Positions 39,016 to 48,718 of a DNA stretch of 64,000 bases are shown piece by piece (the stretch's first letter is position 1; every line of letters starts with the position of its first letter). Origin of the DNA: an uncultured Collinsella sp. (lineage in GTDB: Bacteria > Actinomycetota > Coriobacteriia > Coriobacteriales > Coriobacteriaceae); assembly GCA_965146285.1 (NCBI GenBank), contig CBCTFW010000012.1:72-64071 (forward strand), read 5' to 3'. The notes below the pieces were generated by a model. It made no database searches and was not told the DNA's origin. It was given only the letters and a program-made list of their open reading frames with translations. Both the position numbers and the translations under genes were made by a program.

Positions 39016-41163
39016 ATGGATCTTATCGCCCAGCTTGCCCGCGAGCTCAACCTTAAGGCCGCCAACATCGAGGCAGCCGTCAAGCTCATCGACGAGGGCA
39101 ACACCATCCCCTTTATCTCGCGCTACCGCAAGGAAGCCACGGGCGGCATGGACGACGTCGCCCTGCGCACACTCGACGAGCGCCTGTCCTACCTGCGCAA
39201 TCTTGAACAGCGCAAAGAGGACGTCATTCTGCTCATCGACGCCCAGGGCAAACTTACGCCCGAGCTCGAACAGCAGATTCGCGAGGCCACGCAGCTCCAG
39301 CGTGTCGAGGACCTCTACAAGCCCTACCGCAAAAAGCGCATGACCCGCGCGCAGAAGGCCCACGAGGCAGGCCTGGAGCCGCTCGCCAACATGATCATTA
39401 TGCAGGCCTCGGCCAAGGGCAGCGCGCTCGACGCCGCCGCGGCCTACGTCAACGAGAAGGCCGGCTTCGACACGCCCGAGAAAGCGCTCGCCGGCGCGGC
39501 GGACATCGTGGCCGAGACGGTGGCCGAGGACCCTGAGAACGTCGCCGACCTGCGCGCCTTTACGCAAAACACCGCCGATATCGTCGTCGAGGCCACCGAC
39601 CCCGCCGAGAAGACCCCCTACGAGCCGTACTACAGCTATGATGAGCCGCTGCGCCGTATACCCAACCACCGCGTGCTGGCTATCGACCGCGGTGAGCGCG
39701 AGGGCAAACTCCGCGTGCGCGTGAACGTCGACGGCGCCGCTGCCACGGCACGCCTCGGCAGCCGTTGGCCCCGACGTCAGGGCGTCTTCGCGCCCGTCTT
39801 TGACGCCGCCATCGCCGACGGTTACAAGCGCCTCATGGCCCCCTCGCTTGAGCGCGAGGCCCGCGCCAAACTCACCGTCCGTGCGCAGACCGAGGCCATC
39901 AACGTCTTTGCCAAGAATCTCGAGGGCCTGCTCTCGGCACGCCCCGTGCGCGGTGCCCGCGTGCTCGCGCTCGATCCGGGATACCGCACCGGCTGCAAGG
40001 TCGCCGTTATGGACGAGACCGGCAAGCTGCTCGACCACGGCGTGGTCTACCCCACCAAGCCGCGCCACGACGTCGCCGGCACCAAGCGCGAGCTCGCCCG
40101 CCTCGTCAAAAAGGACAGCGTCAACACCATCGTCATCGGCAACGGCACCGCCAGCCGCGAGACCGAGGAAGTCGTCTCGGAGTTCATCGCCGAGCAGGCG
40201 CCTGGGCTGCGATACACCATCGTTAACGAAGCCGGCGCGTCCGTGTACTCCGCCTCCGAGCTCGCCAGCCAGGAATATCCCGACCTGGACGTCACCGTGC
40301 GTGGCGCCATGAGCCTGGGCCGTCGCCTGCAAGACCCGCTGGCAGAGCTCGTCAAGATTCCGCCCCAGTCTATCGGCGTGGGCCAGTACCAGCACGACCT
40401 TGACCAGGCCGAGCTTTCGCGCACCCTGGGCCATGTGGTGGAGGACGTCGTCAACCGCGTGGGCGTCGACGTGAATACCGCGAGCGCGAGCCTACTGGGA
40501 TATGTATCGGGCATCACGCCGAGCGTGGCCAAAAACATCGTGGCCTACCGCGAGGAAAACGGCGCCTTTACCGATCGCCGCCAGCTCAAGAAGGTCCCCA
40601 AGCTGGGACCCAAGGCATATCTCAACGCCGCGGGCTTTTTGCGCATTAGCGGCGGCAGGAACCCACTCGACGCGACAAGCGTCCACCCCGAGAGCTACGA
40701 GGTGGCCACGTCCGTCCTAGAACGCGCCGGCGTTAAAGCAAGCGAGCTCAGCCGCGGCGGCGTGCCCGACATCGAGCGCCGCCTGGGCAGCATCTCGGCG
40801 CTGGCAAGCGACCTGAACTGCGGCACCCTCACGCTCATCGACATCGTCAACGAGCTCAAGAAGCCCGGCCGCGACCCGCGCGACGACGCACCCGAGGTGG
40901 TCTTTAGCCGCTCAGCGCTTTCCATCGACGACCTGGAACCCGGCATGGAGCTCAAGAGCACGGTGCGCAACGTCGTCGACTTTGGCGCCTTCGTCGACGT
41001 GGGCGTGCACCAGGACGGCCTTGTGCACATCTCCAAGCTGGCCAACCGCTTCGTCAAGCACCCGAGCGACGTGGTACGCGTCGGCGACACGGTCAAGGTG
41101 TGGGTGGAAAAGGTCGATCGCGACCGCAAGAAAATCTCGCTAACCATGGTGCAGGGAAAGTAA
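39016..41163 (+). CDS. tex: Tex family transcription accessory protein
   Basis: GNTIPFISRYRKE, DPGYRTGCK, EAGASVYSAS, RRLQDPLAELVKI, C-terminal S1 domain. Confidence 0.96.
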   Translation: MDLIAQLARELNLKAANIEAAVKLIDEGNTIPFISRYRKEATGGMDDVALRTLDERLSYLRNLEQRKEDVILLIDAQGKLTPELEQQIREATQLQRVEDLYKPYRKKRMTRAQKAHEAGLEPLANMIIMQASAKGSALDAAAAYVNEKAGFDTPEKALAGAADIVAETVAEDPENVADLRAFTQNTADIVVEATDPAEKTPYEPYYSYDEPLRRIPNHRVLAIDRGEREGKLRVRVNVDGAAATARLGSRWPRRQGVFAPVFDAAIADGYKRLMAPSLEREARAKLTVRAQTEAINVFAKNLEGLLSARPVRGARVLALDPGYRTGCKVAVMDETGKLLDHGVVYPTKPRHDVAGTKRELARLVKKDSVNTIVIGNGTASRETEEVVSEFIAEQAPGLRYTIVNEAGASVYSASELASQEYPDLDVTVRGAMSLGRRLQDPLAELVKIPPQSIGVGQYQHDLDQAELSRTLGHVVEDVVNRVGVDVNTASASLLGYVSGITPSVAKNIVAYREENGAFTDRRQLKKVPKLGPKAYLNAAGFLRISGGRNPLDATSVHPESYEVATSVLERAGVKASELSRGGVPDIERRLGSISALASDLNCGTLTLIDIVNELKKPGRDPRDDAPEVVFSRSALSIDDLEPGMELKSTVRNVVDFGAFVDVGVHQDGLVHISKLANRFVKHPSDVVRVGDTVKVWVEKVDRDRKKISLTMVQGK

Positions 41164-41173
41164 ACCGCCAAAG

Positions 41174-41387
41174 CAAGGGTACCCCCTGTAGCGATGTGCA
41201 AAATCGCGAGTATTCTGCAAATTCCACCGTTCCGGATGCCCCTCAGAGACGAAAAAGCAAAAAACAGCCCCCGTTTTGGCGTTTTTAGAGCCAAAACGGG
41301 GGCTGTTCCGTGCTTCGATTAACTGGTAAAAGCCTTTACCTTGCTGAATACTCTCGATTTTGCACGGCGCAGGCGGGGGTACCTTTG
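41174..41387. mobile_element. MITE-like element with 47-bp imperfect terminal inverted repeats and an internal hairpin
   Basis: 41174-41220 pairs with 41341-41387; internal AACAGCCCCCGTTTTGGC/GCCAAAACGGGGGCTGTT stem; no ORF. Confidence 0.55.
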
Positions 41388-41442
41388 TCCACGGCATAAT
41401 ATGGAAGCCAATCACCAACCTACCGGCAAGCTCGTGTCGGCA

Positions 41443-41514
41443 GCCCCGGCCTTTCCTTTGCCTAGCGCGACCCTCGCGAAGCGCGTGAGCGATAGGGAAA
41501 GGAAAGGCCGGGGC
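41443..41514. terminator. GC-rich hairpin downstream of transaldolase
   Basis: GCCCCGGCCTTTCCTTT..AAAGGAAAGGCCGGGGC. Confidence 0.55.
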
Positions 41515-41544
41515 GAGCAGCCCGCGGCGTAGCCAGTGTTCGCG

Positions 41545-42249
41545 TTACGGCAGAATATGGAAGCCCAAAGCGGCGATATCCTTGGCAAAGCCGCGCACGG
41601 TGTCGAGCGAGACCTCGTACGGGTCGCGACCGATGTTCTTGCGCTTGGCCAGGATGCTGTTGGGCACCGTGATGATCTGGCAACCGCAGGCCTCGGCCTG
41701 ATAAATGTTGATGAGCTCGCGCGTGGACGCCCACAGGACCTCGCAGTTGGGCTTTGCGGCGGCCTTCTTGACCGACTCCGTCATAAACGGAATGGGGTCG
41801 ACGCCGGTATCGGCGATGCGGCCGGCAAAGAGCGAGATGATGGACGGCGTCTCGGCGTCGACGGCCTCGACCATCTCATCAACCTGCGTAGGCGTAAAGA
41901 TGGTGGTGACGTTGACCTTGATGCCGTCGGCCGAAAGCTTGCGCACCAGCTCGGCGGTGGACTCGCCCTTGGTGGTCACGCACGGAATCTTGACGTAGAC
42001 GTTCTCGGCCCAGGTAGCGATCTCGCGCGCCTCGACCTCCATGGTCTCGACGTCGTCGGCAAAGACCTCAAACGAGACGGACACATCAGTGATGTGGGCC
42101 AGGACCTCCTTGGCAAACGCGCGGTAATCCGTCACGCCGCCCTTCTTCATAAGGGACGGGTTGGTCGTGAAACCCTGAACGTTGCCGTTCTCGTACATGT
42201 CGAGCATGCCCTCGAGGTTTGCACCGTCAGCGAACACCTTGATTGCCAT
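41545..42249 (-). CDS. tal: Transaldolase (short Tal/Fsa family)
   Basis: FADGA, GFTTNPSL, SFEV, VYVKIP Schiff-base lysine, FAGRIAD, LWASTRE. Confidence 0.88.
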   Translation of the reverse strand: MAIKVFADGANLEGMLDMYENGNVQGFTTNPSLMKKGGVTDYRAFAKEVLAHITDVSVSFEVFADDVETMEVEAREIATWAENVYVKIPCVTTKGESTAELVRKLSADGIKVNVTTIFTPTQVDEMVEAVDAETPSIISLFAGRIADTGVDPIPFMTESVKKAAAKPNCEVLWASTRELINIYQAEACGCQIITVPNSILAKRKNIGRDPYEVSLDTVRGFAKDIAALGFHILP

Positions 42250-42442
42250 CTGCCTGATTCCTTTCGCTTGCACATGGGCGTTAAACTGCTAAACACTTTA
42301 CCTACGTTTATCAAGGCGTGAGCTGCGGTTTTTTATCTTCTCGGCGAACGGTATAAACACCTCAGTGTTTGGATTGATAAATCGATTGAGCATGCAAAAG
42401 CAAAGAGTCGCAGTTTAAGCAAACGTCAGAACGCGGGATTCA

Positions 42443-43270
42443 TTAGATGAGGCCGAAATGCTGCATCGCTGTGACGGTGCCGTCGTGTGCGACATCATCA
42501 GTCACGTAGTCGGCGAGCGCCTTGACCTCGGGCATGGCGTTGCCCATGGCGACAGCCGTCTCGACCGCAGCGAGCATGCCCAGGTCGTTACCCGAATCGC
42601 CAAAGCCAAAGGTGCGCGCATTTCCCTCACGGCCCAGATACGCCAGCGCTCGCGCCACGCCCACGCCCTTGTCGATGCCCTTGGGACTCAGCTCGCGATT
42701 CTGGCCACCGGTGTTGCACAGCTCAAACTCGCGATCGATAAAGCCATCATCGTTGGCTACGCGAGCCAGGTCGCTCGCGACGATGCCTACCTTGCCCACG
42801 CGCAGACGGCCGTCGACGCGCATTTCCTCGGTGCTGTGCACCACAGAAGTGCCGATCAGAGACGACTGCTCAACACCCGCGGGTTCCAGGGCAAAAGTAG
42901 CCACGTTGGTCTCGAAAAAGGCTTCAATCCCTGCCGCGGCCATACGGTGTGCAAGCTCCTCAACAATGTCTTCGTCAAAGCAGTCCTCATACACCACGCG
43001 GCCCTCGACCTCGAGCGTGGCGCCCGCCATGGCAACGACGCCCGCGGGGTCGAGCGCACGCAAGCTATCGGCGATGAGCCACAGGGGGCGACCCGTGCAG
43101 ATAAACGCCTTGTGTCCCGCGTCGCGCAGACGATGAAACGCCTCGACGACCGCCTGCGAGGGGCGAACCGCCGAAAAGTCCTTGTCGGTCATGTTGTCGG
43201 GATCGAACGACGTCAGCGTGCCGTCCACGTCAAAAAAGAGCACAGCGGGTTCGGGACACGCATCAATCAT
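42443..43270 (-). CDS. Cof-type HAD-IIB phosphatase
   Basis: FFDVDGTL, CTGR, DKG, FGDSGNDLGM, AVAMGNA. Confidence 0.93.
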   Translation of the reverse strand: MIDACPEPAVLFFDVDGTLTSFDPDNMTDKDFSAVRPSQAVVEAFHRLRDAGHKAFICTGRPLWLIADSLRALDPAGVVAMAGATLEVEGRVVYEDCFDEDIVEELAHRMAAAGIEAFFETNVATFALEPAGVEQSSLIGTSVVHSTEEMRVDGRLRVGKVGIVASDLARVANDDGFIDREFELCNTGGQNRELSPKGIDKGVGVARALAYLGREGNARTFGFGDSGNDLGMLAAVETAVAMGNAMPEVKALADYVTDDVAHDGTVTAMQHFGLI

Positions 43271-43345
43271 ATGGGTTCCTTTCGAGGATAAGGGCAAACG
43301 AAGCATCCATCATATAATGGAGCGACGCAACCAGAGAGGTCACCC

Positions 43346-45904
43346 ATGGAATTTTACGCAAGCTGCCCCGAAGGCTTTGAGTCCGCACTCGCCGATGAGC
43401 TTAAACGCCTCGGGCTTTCGCATGTTCGCCGGCTGAAGGGCCGCGCTACATTTGAGGGCGAGCTTGAGCAGGGCTATCGAGCGTGCCTGTGGTCGCGCCT
43501 GGCGAGCCGTGTGTTCGTGGTACTCGGGCGCTTTGAGGCGCAGGATGCCGATGAACTGTACGACAGCGTTTACGACATCGCCTGGGAGACCGTCATCCGC
43601 CCCGGCGCCACCATCGCCATCACCGCCCGCGGCGTGACCGAGCAGCTGCGCAACACGCGCTTCTCGGCCCTGCGCGCCAAGGACGCGCTGTGCGACCGTC
43701 TGGCCGAGACCACGGGCCGTCGCGCCGATGTCGACGCTGCCGATCCCGACGTTCACCTGTTGCTTTCGCTGCGCCAGCGCCGCGCGAGCATCAGCCTGGA
43801 CCTTTCGGGCGACCCACTGTTCAAGCGCCTGCCGCCCGCGGCGACCCGTGCCGGCGAGGGTGCGCACGTGTTGCGCCCCGACTACGCCGCCCTGGTGCTG
43901 GCGCAGGTCGGCTGGACCGCACTGTGCGAGCGCGAGTTGACGGCCGACGATTACGAGAATGAAGCCCTTCCCACGCTAATCGATGCCTCGTGCGCCGGCG
44001 GCGGCCTGTTGCTGGAAGCCGTGAACACTCTGACCGACCGCGCCCCGGGCGCCGCACGCGAGCGCTGGGGCTTTGAGGGCTGGCAGCTACACGACGCCGC
44101 TCTGTGGGAGCAGCTGCTTGCCGAGGCGCGCGAGCGCGAGGCGGCAGCGCGCGAGCGCCAGGCGCGCATCGTGGCCATGGACATTGACCCCACCGCCCGC
44201 AAGACCGCCGAGCGCATGGTCAAGTGTGCCGGCTACAAGCGCTTTGTCGATTTTTGCGCCGCTAAGTCCGCCACCGTGCTGGACCACGCGGGCACTGTCG
44301 CCGGTGCCGCCCTCGTCGCGGATACGACCGAGACACCGCTTTCACTCATGCACGATGCCATGACGCTGGTCGGCGAGCTGCGCCGCGCCCCCGAGCTCGC
44401 TTCGGCGCCGGTCGCCGCGCTCACCCGCGACGGATTGCTGGCCCGCGCGCTCCACGCCGAGCCCAAGCGCTCGATCGCCGTCATGCCCAACAACGAGGAG
44501 GCGGCTATTGAGATTTGGCCCTCGCTCGACCACGCCGCCGCGGCATTTGAAGCAGCGATCAGCGCAGATGCCGAGGAACAGACCGCAGACGCTCATGACG
44601 AAGCCGCCGATACTCCCACGCCCGAACCTGCCGCCACGCTCGACCTGGGCGACGGCAAGCCGCTGCCCGTGCTCATTCCCGAGTCTGAGCAGTTCGCCAA
44701 CCGCCTGCGCAAGAATGCCCGCCTGCGCCGCAAGTGGGCCAAGCGCGAGGGCGTGAGCTGCTACCGCGTCTACGATGCCGACCTGCCCGACTACTCCGCC
44801 GCCATCGACCTGTACGAGGGCTGCCCGCAGACGCCGGGCCGCTGGCTCGTCATTGCCGAATACGCCGCACCCAAGACCATCGACCCCGCGCTTGCCCAGG
44901 CCCGCATGCTCGACATCTTGGCCATCGCGCCGCGCATTCTTGATGTTCCGGCCGAGCACGTGCACGCCAAGGCCCGCATGCGTTCGCGCGGCGGCTCGCA
45001 GTACGGCAAACAGGGCGCCGGCAAGGGTGGCTCGGGCGAGCGCGCCAACATCGCGCGCCGTCGTCTGCCGCTCATCGAAGAGGGCGGCCTTACCTTTGCC
45101 GTCAACTTTGACGACTATTTGGATGTGGGCATCTTCCTGGATCATCGCGTCACCCGCAACCTGGTGCGCGAGCACGCCAAACAGGCGCGCCGCTTCCTCA
45201 ACCTGTTCGCCTACACCGGCACCGCCACCTGCTATGCGGCCGACGGCGGCGTCGAGGAAACCGTGACAGTCGACCTTTCCAACACCTACCTGGACTGGGC
45301 CGAGCGCAATATGCGCCAGAACGGCTTTGTTGGTCCGCAGCATCATTTTGTGCGCGACGACGTGCTCGCCTGGATTCGCGACCAGCGCCAGACGCGCAAC
45401 CGCTGGGACCTGATCTTTGTCGACCCGCCCACGTTCTCGAACTCGTCAAAGATGGGCCGCCGTACCTGGGATGTCCAGCGCGACCATGTTGAGCTTTTGG
45501 CCGGCGTGTCGCGCCTGCTCGCACAGGGCGGACATGCCATCTTTAGCTGCAACCTGCGCGGCTTCCGCCCCGAAACGCGCAAGCTCGCGCGCGCGGGCGT
45601 CGTGCTGGAGGACATTACGGCGCAGACCATCCCCGAGGATTTCGCACGCAACCAGAAGGTGCACCACTGCTATATCGTGCGCCGCCTGCCCATCGAGGAC
45701 GCCATGGCCGAAGTCGGCTTTAGCGCCGAGGAGATTGCCGAGCGAACCGAGGAGCTGCGCAACCCCGAGGCCCGCAAGCCCCGTGCAGCAGCGCCCGCGC
45801 ACGCGCAGGCCGGCAACGGCAAGTCCAACTTTGCCAGCAAACCCTCCCCTGCCGGCAAGTCCAAAAAGAAGAAGTTCTACGCCAGCAAGCCCAAGGATAA
45901 ATAG
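43346..45904 (+). CDS. rlmKL: 23S rRNA methyltransferase RlmKL
   Basis: THUMP N-terminus (CLWSRLASRV); FANRLRKN, CYRVYDADLPDY, GIFLDHR, LNLFAYTG, DPPTFSNS. Confidence 0.9.
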   Translation: MEFYASCPEGFESALADELKRLGLSHVRRLKGRATFEGELEQGYRACLWSRLASRVFVVLGRFEAQDADELYDSVYDIAWETVIRPGATIAITARGVTEQLRNTRFSALRAKDALCDRLAETTGRRADVDAADPDVHLLLSLRQRRASISLDLSGDPLFKRLPPAATRAGEGAHVLRPDYAALVLAQVGWTALCERELTADDYENEALPTLIDASCAGGGLLLEAVNTLTDRAPGAARERWGFEGWQLHDAALWEQLLAEAREREAAARERQARIVAMDIDPTARKTAERMVKCAGYKRFVDFCAAKSATVLDHAGTVAGAALVADTTETPLSLMHDAMTLVGELRRAPELASAPVAALTRDGLLARALHAEPKRSIAVMPNNEEAAIEIWPSLDHAAAAFEAAISADAEEQTADAHDEAADTPTPEPAATLDLGDGKPLPVLIPESEQFANRLRKNARLRRKWAKREGVSCYRVYDADLPDYSAAIDLYEGCPQTPGRWLVIAEYAAPKTIDPALAQARMLDILAIAPRILDVPAEHVHAKARMRSRGGSQYGKQGAGKGGSGERANIARRRLPLIEEGGLTFAVNFDDYLDVGIFLDHRVTRNLVREHAKQARRFLNLFAYTGTATCYAADGGVEETVTVDLSNTYLDWAERNMRQNGFVGPQHHFVRDDVLAWIRDQRQTRNRWDLIFVDPPTFSNSSKMGRRTWDVQRDHVELLAGVSRLLAQGGHAIFSCNLRGFRPETRKLARAGVVLEDITAQTIPEDFARNQKVHHCYIVRRLPIEDAMAEVGFSAEEIAERTEELRNPEARKPRAAAPAHAQAGNGKSNFASKPSPAGKSKKKKFYASKPKDK

Positions 45905-45909
45905 ACAAC

Positions 45910-45975
45910 GTTGCGGTGGAATACGGACTGTTTTGCCTGGAATTAGGTAAATTTAGACCGTATTTCACCGCAACT
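45910..45975. terminator. Hairpin between convergent rlmKL and kdpE
   Basis: GTTGCGGTGGAATACGG..CCGTATTTCACCGCAAC. Confidence 0.55.
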
Positions 45976-45999
45976 CATATTGGGATGGCGGATGCCGAC

Positions 46000-46713
46000 C
46001 TATCCCTGGATGACCAATCGGTAACCAATACCCACGTGCGTCTGGATATAGCGCGGGTGCGCGGGGTCGGACTCGATCTTCTTGCGCAACGTGCCCATAA
46101 AGACGCGCAGGCTCGCCAGATCGCTCTTAGTTGCCGTGCCCCAAATCTCGTGCAGGATAAACTGGTGCGTCAGCACCTTGTCGGCGTTGTGCGCCAGCAG
46201 GCACAGGAGCTTGTACTCGATCGGCGTCAGATGCAGTTCCTCGCCATCCATCGTGGCGATACCGGCATCAAAATCGATATGCAGCTCACCGGCATCGAAC
46301 GAGCCCTCGGAGGAAACACCGCCCGTCTGCGCATACGAAAGGCGCCTGAGCGTCGTGCGAATGCGCGCGAGCAGTTCCTCGACCGAAAACGGCTTGGTCA
46401 GATAGTCGTCGGCGCCGGCATCGAGCGCGCGGATTTTGTCCGCGTCCTCGCTGCGCGCCGAGACCACGATAATCGGCATGCCCGACCATGCGCGCACCGA
46501 CTCCACCACCTTGACGCCGTCCATATCGGGCAGGCCCAGATCGAGCAGCACAATGCTCGGCGTCTGCGACGAGGCGGCGGCGATAGCGGCATGGGCGGTC
46601 TCCACAGCCATATGGCGCAAGCCGTGCGCCTCGAGCGCGGCAACAATAAGATTGCGGACGGCGGGGTCGTCCTCAACGACCAAGATGAGCGGTTTTACGG
46701 CAGAGTTCGGCAC
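46000..46713 (-). CDS. kdpE: KdpE-like OmpR family response regulator
   Basis: VVEDD, LDLGLPDMDG, ALDAGADDYLTKPF, LRVFMGTLRKKIE.DP..PRYIQT; GTG start after AAGGAG. Confidence 0.88.
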   Translation of the reverse strand: MPNSAVKPLILVVEDDPAVRNLIVAALEAHGLRHMAVETAHAAIAAASSQTPSIVLLDLGLPDMDGVKVVESVRAWSGMPIIVVSARSEDADKIRALDAGADDYLTKPFSVEELLARIRTTLRRLSYAQTGGVSSEGSFDAGELHIDFDAGIATMDGEELHLTPIEYKLLCLLAHNADKVLTHQFILHEIWGTATKSDLASLRVFMGTLRKKIESDPAHPRYIQTHVGIGYRLVIQG

Positions 46714-46717
46714 AGCG

Positions 46718-48343
46718 CTACTCCTTATCAAACGAAACGTCGGCGGCAGGAAGCTCAATCGTAAAGACCGAGCCGTGCGGGTCCGCCGCGGCAACCTCTA
46801 TGCTACCGCCATGCGCCAGCGCAATGGAGCGGCAGAGCGAAAGACCCAGGCCCACGCTGCGGTGACTGTCAGCCAGACCGTGGTTGGCGGTATAGAACGA
46901 CTCGAAGATCCGCTCGCGATCCTCGGGTGCGATGCCCGGACCATCATCGGCCACCGAGCACGCCACGCGTCCATCGTCGACGCTAATCGAAATCATGATA
47001 TGCGAGCCCGCGGGCGTATAGGTGATGGCGTTGTTCACCAGATTGACCACCAGCTGCACCATCAGGCGCGCATCGACGTTGACGAGCGCCGGCTCATCGC
47101 ACGCCACTACCTTAAGGTCGTGCTCGCGCACGGCAGGGTTCACGTGGCGCAGCGCCTCCTCGACGATATCGTCCATGAGCTCGAGTGTGGTCGACAGGCG
47201 CATACCGCCACCCTCGAGCTTGGTGATGGCGAGCAGGTTCTCGACGGTGGCGTTGAGCCACAGCGCATCCGAGCGAATGGATAGAAGCAGGCCGCGGCGC
47301 GTCTGGGCATCGAGCACCGCGGTGCCGGTCGAGCCCTGGTCGAGCAGCACGTCGGCATTACCCGAAATACTGGTAAGCGGCGTGCGCAGATCGTGCGAGA
47401 TGGAGCGCAGCAGGTTGGCGCGCAACTGTTCGTTTTTGGCGAGCACCGCCGCCTCCTCGCGGGCCTCCATGGCGCGGGCGCGATCGAGTGCCAGCTCGCC
47501 TTCGCTCACGATAGCATCGGCAAGCGTCCGCTCCTCATGCGTCAGCACGTCGGGCTCGGCAACGATAGCCAGCACGCCCACCACCGAGGCGGGGTCGCCC
47601 GAGCGCACGAAGCCGTCGCCCGTGCGAACCGTCAGGTAGATGCCATAAAACGCCGAGCCGCCAAACGTGGCGTCGAGCGGCGTTCCCACATAGGCGGACG
47701 CCGAAAGCCGCGGCGGCATCTGCGGCGCCAGCTCGTGCACCGGCGCGGCATCGCCCACGGCCGTGTACGTCGCACGCGGCAGCAGGTCATCGCCCTCGGC
47801 GTCGGCGCTGTACCACACGACCGGACAGCCCGAAAGACGCGCCAGCTGCGTGGCCATGGCGTGAACGATCTGCTGCTCGTCGGCGCAGCGCTGGAGCATG
47901 CGGTTGGTCTCGAGCACCATATGCGTGCGACGGTCGCTGGCGGCAGCCTGCGCCAAGGCCCGGCGCAGGGCTAACGCAATCGAGCTCGATACAAGCGAGA
48001 CCACAAACATGATGAAGAACATGCCGGGATAGCCGCGGTCGATAAGCGACAGCGAGTAGCGCGGGTCGACAAACAAGAAGTTGTAGAGCGCCACGGCGGC
48101 AGCCGAGCTCAGCAAGCAATACAGGCGACTCCAGGTAAAGAATGCGCACAGCTGCACGGCGAACACATAGACGATCATGATGCTCGGCGCGAGACCCGGA
48201 TGGTCGAGCAGCGCGCCCACAATCGTCGCCGCGACCAACAGCCCCACCGACACGCAGGCGTCATACAGAGGAGTGCGGCGCGTCAGCGTTGTGCGCCGCC
48301 ACCAAAAGCTATCGGCAATATCGCCGTCCGTACGGACGTCCAT
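46718..48343 (-). CDS. kdpD: Short KdpD-like sensor kinase (DUF4118 4-TM, GAF-like, HisKA, HATPase; no N-terminal KdpD/USP domains)
   Basis: YNFLFVDPRYSL, EQLRANLLRSISHDLRTPLTSI, NLVNNA, DDGPG, GLGLSLC. Confidence 0.85.
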   Translation of the reverse strand: MDVRTDGDIADSFWWRRTTLTRRTPLYDACVSVGLLVAATIVGALLDHPGLAPSIMIVYVFAVQLCAFFTWSRLYCLLSSAAAVALYNFLFVDPRYSLSLIDRGYPGMFFIMFVVSLVSSSIALALRRALAQAAASDRRTHMVLETNRMLQRCADEQQIVHAMATQLARLSGCPVVWYSADAEGDDLLPRATYTAVGDAAPVHELAPQMPPRLSASAYVGTPLDATFGGSAFYGIYLTVRTGDGFVRSGDPASVVGVLAIVAEPDVLTHEERTLADAIVSEGELALDRARAMEAREEAAVLAKNEQLRANLLRSISHDLRTPLTSISGNADVLLDQGSTGTAVLDAQTRRGLLLSIRSDALWLNATVENLLAITKLEGGGMRLSTTLELMDDIVEEALRHVNPAVREHDLKVVACDEPALVNVDARLMVQLVVNLVNNAITYTPAGSHIMISISVDDGRVACSVADDGPGIAPEDRERIFESFYTANHGLADSHRSVGLGLSLCRSIALAHGGSIEVAAADPHGSVFTIELPAADVSFDKE

Positions 48344-48371
48344 CAGCGCCCCGCCCCTCTCTCAAAAACAA

Positions 48372-48409
48372 AAACCACCACAAAGGGACAGGCACCTTTG
48401 TGGTGGTTT
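48372..48409. repeat. Variant REP-like palindrome (GGGACAGGCACC core)
   Basis: AAACCACCACAAAGG-GACAGGCA-CCTTTGTGGTGGTTT. Confidence 0.65.
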
Positions 48410-48454
48410 CCCTTGTGGTGGTTCCAAGTGTATAGCCTTTGCAACCTGCGGACG

Positions 48455-48649
48455 TTAGACAAACAGCACGTGCGCGAGCAGTGCGCACACGCACGCCGCG
48501 ACAAGCACCGTCACCACGATCGAAATCACGCGGTCGGCCATGTCCATGTTGGCCCGATTCGTAAAGAACCGATCTTCGGCAGCATCGGCGCGTATCTCAC
48601 GCACCAGCTCGGTCGCAAGATCGCAACCGTCAAGCACCTTTGCATCCAT
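48455..48649 (-). CDS. 64-aa small protein with C-terminal TM helix
   Basis: GGGAGGA RBS, ATG start, hydrophobic tail VISIVVTVLVAACVCALLAHVLFV; co-oriented between kup and kdpD. Confidence 0.6.
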   Translation of the reverse strand: MDAKVLDGCDLATELVREIRADAAEDRFFTNRANMDMADRVISIVVTVLVAACVCALLAHVLFV

Positions 48650-48718
48650 GGTTTCCTCCCAGGACTCAATCCCCGTCAATACAAGCCCGCCCGTTCGCAG
48701 ACAAACCTCGAGCTTCGA

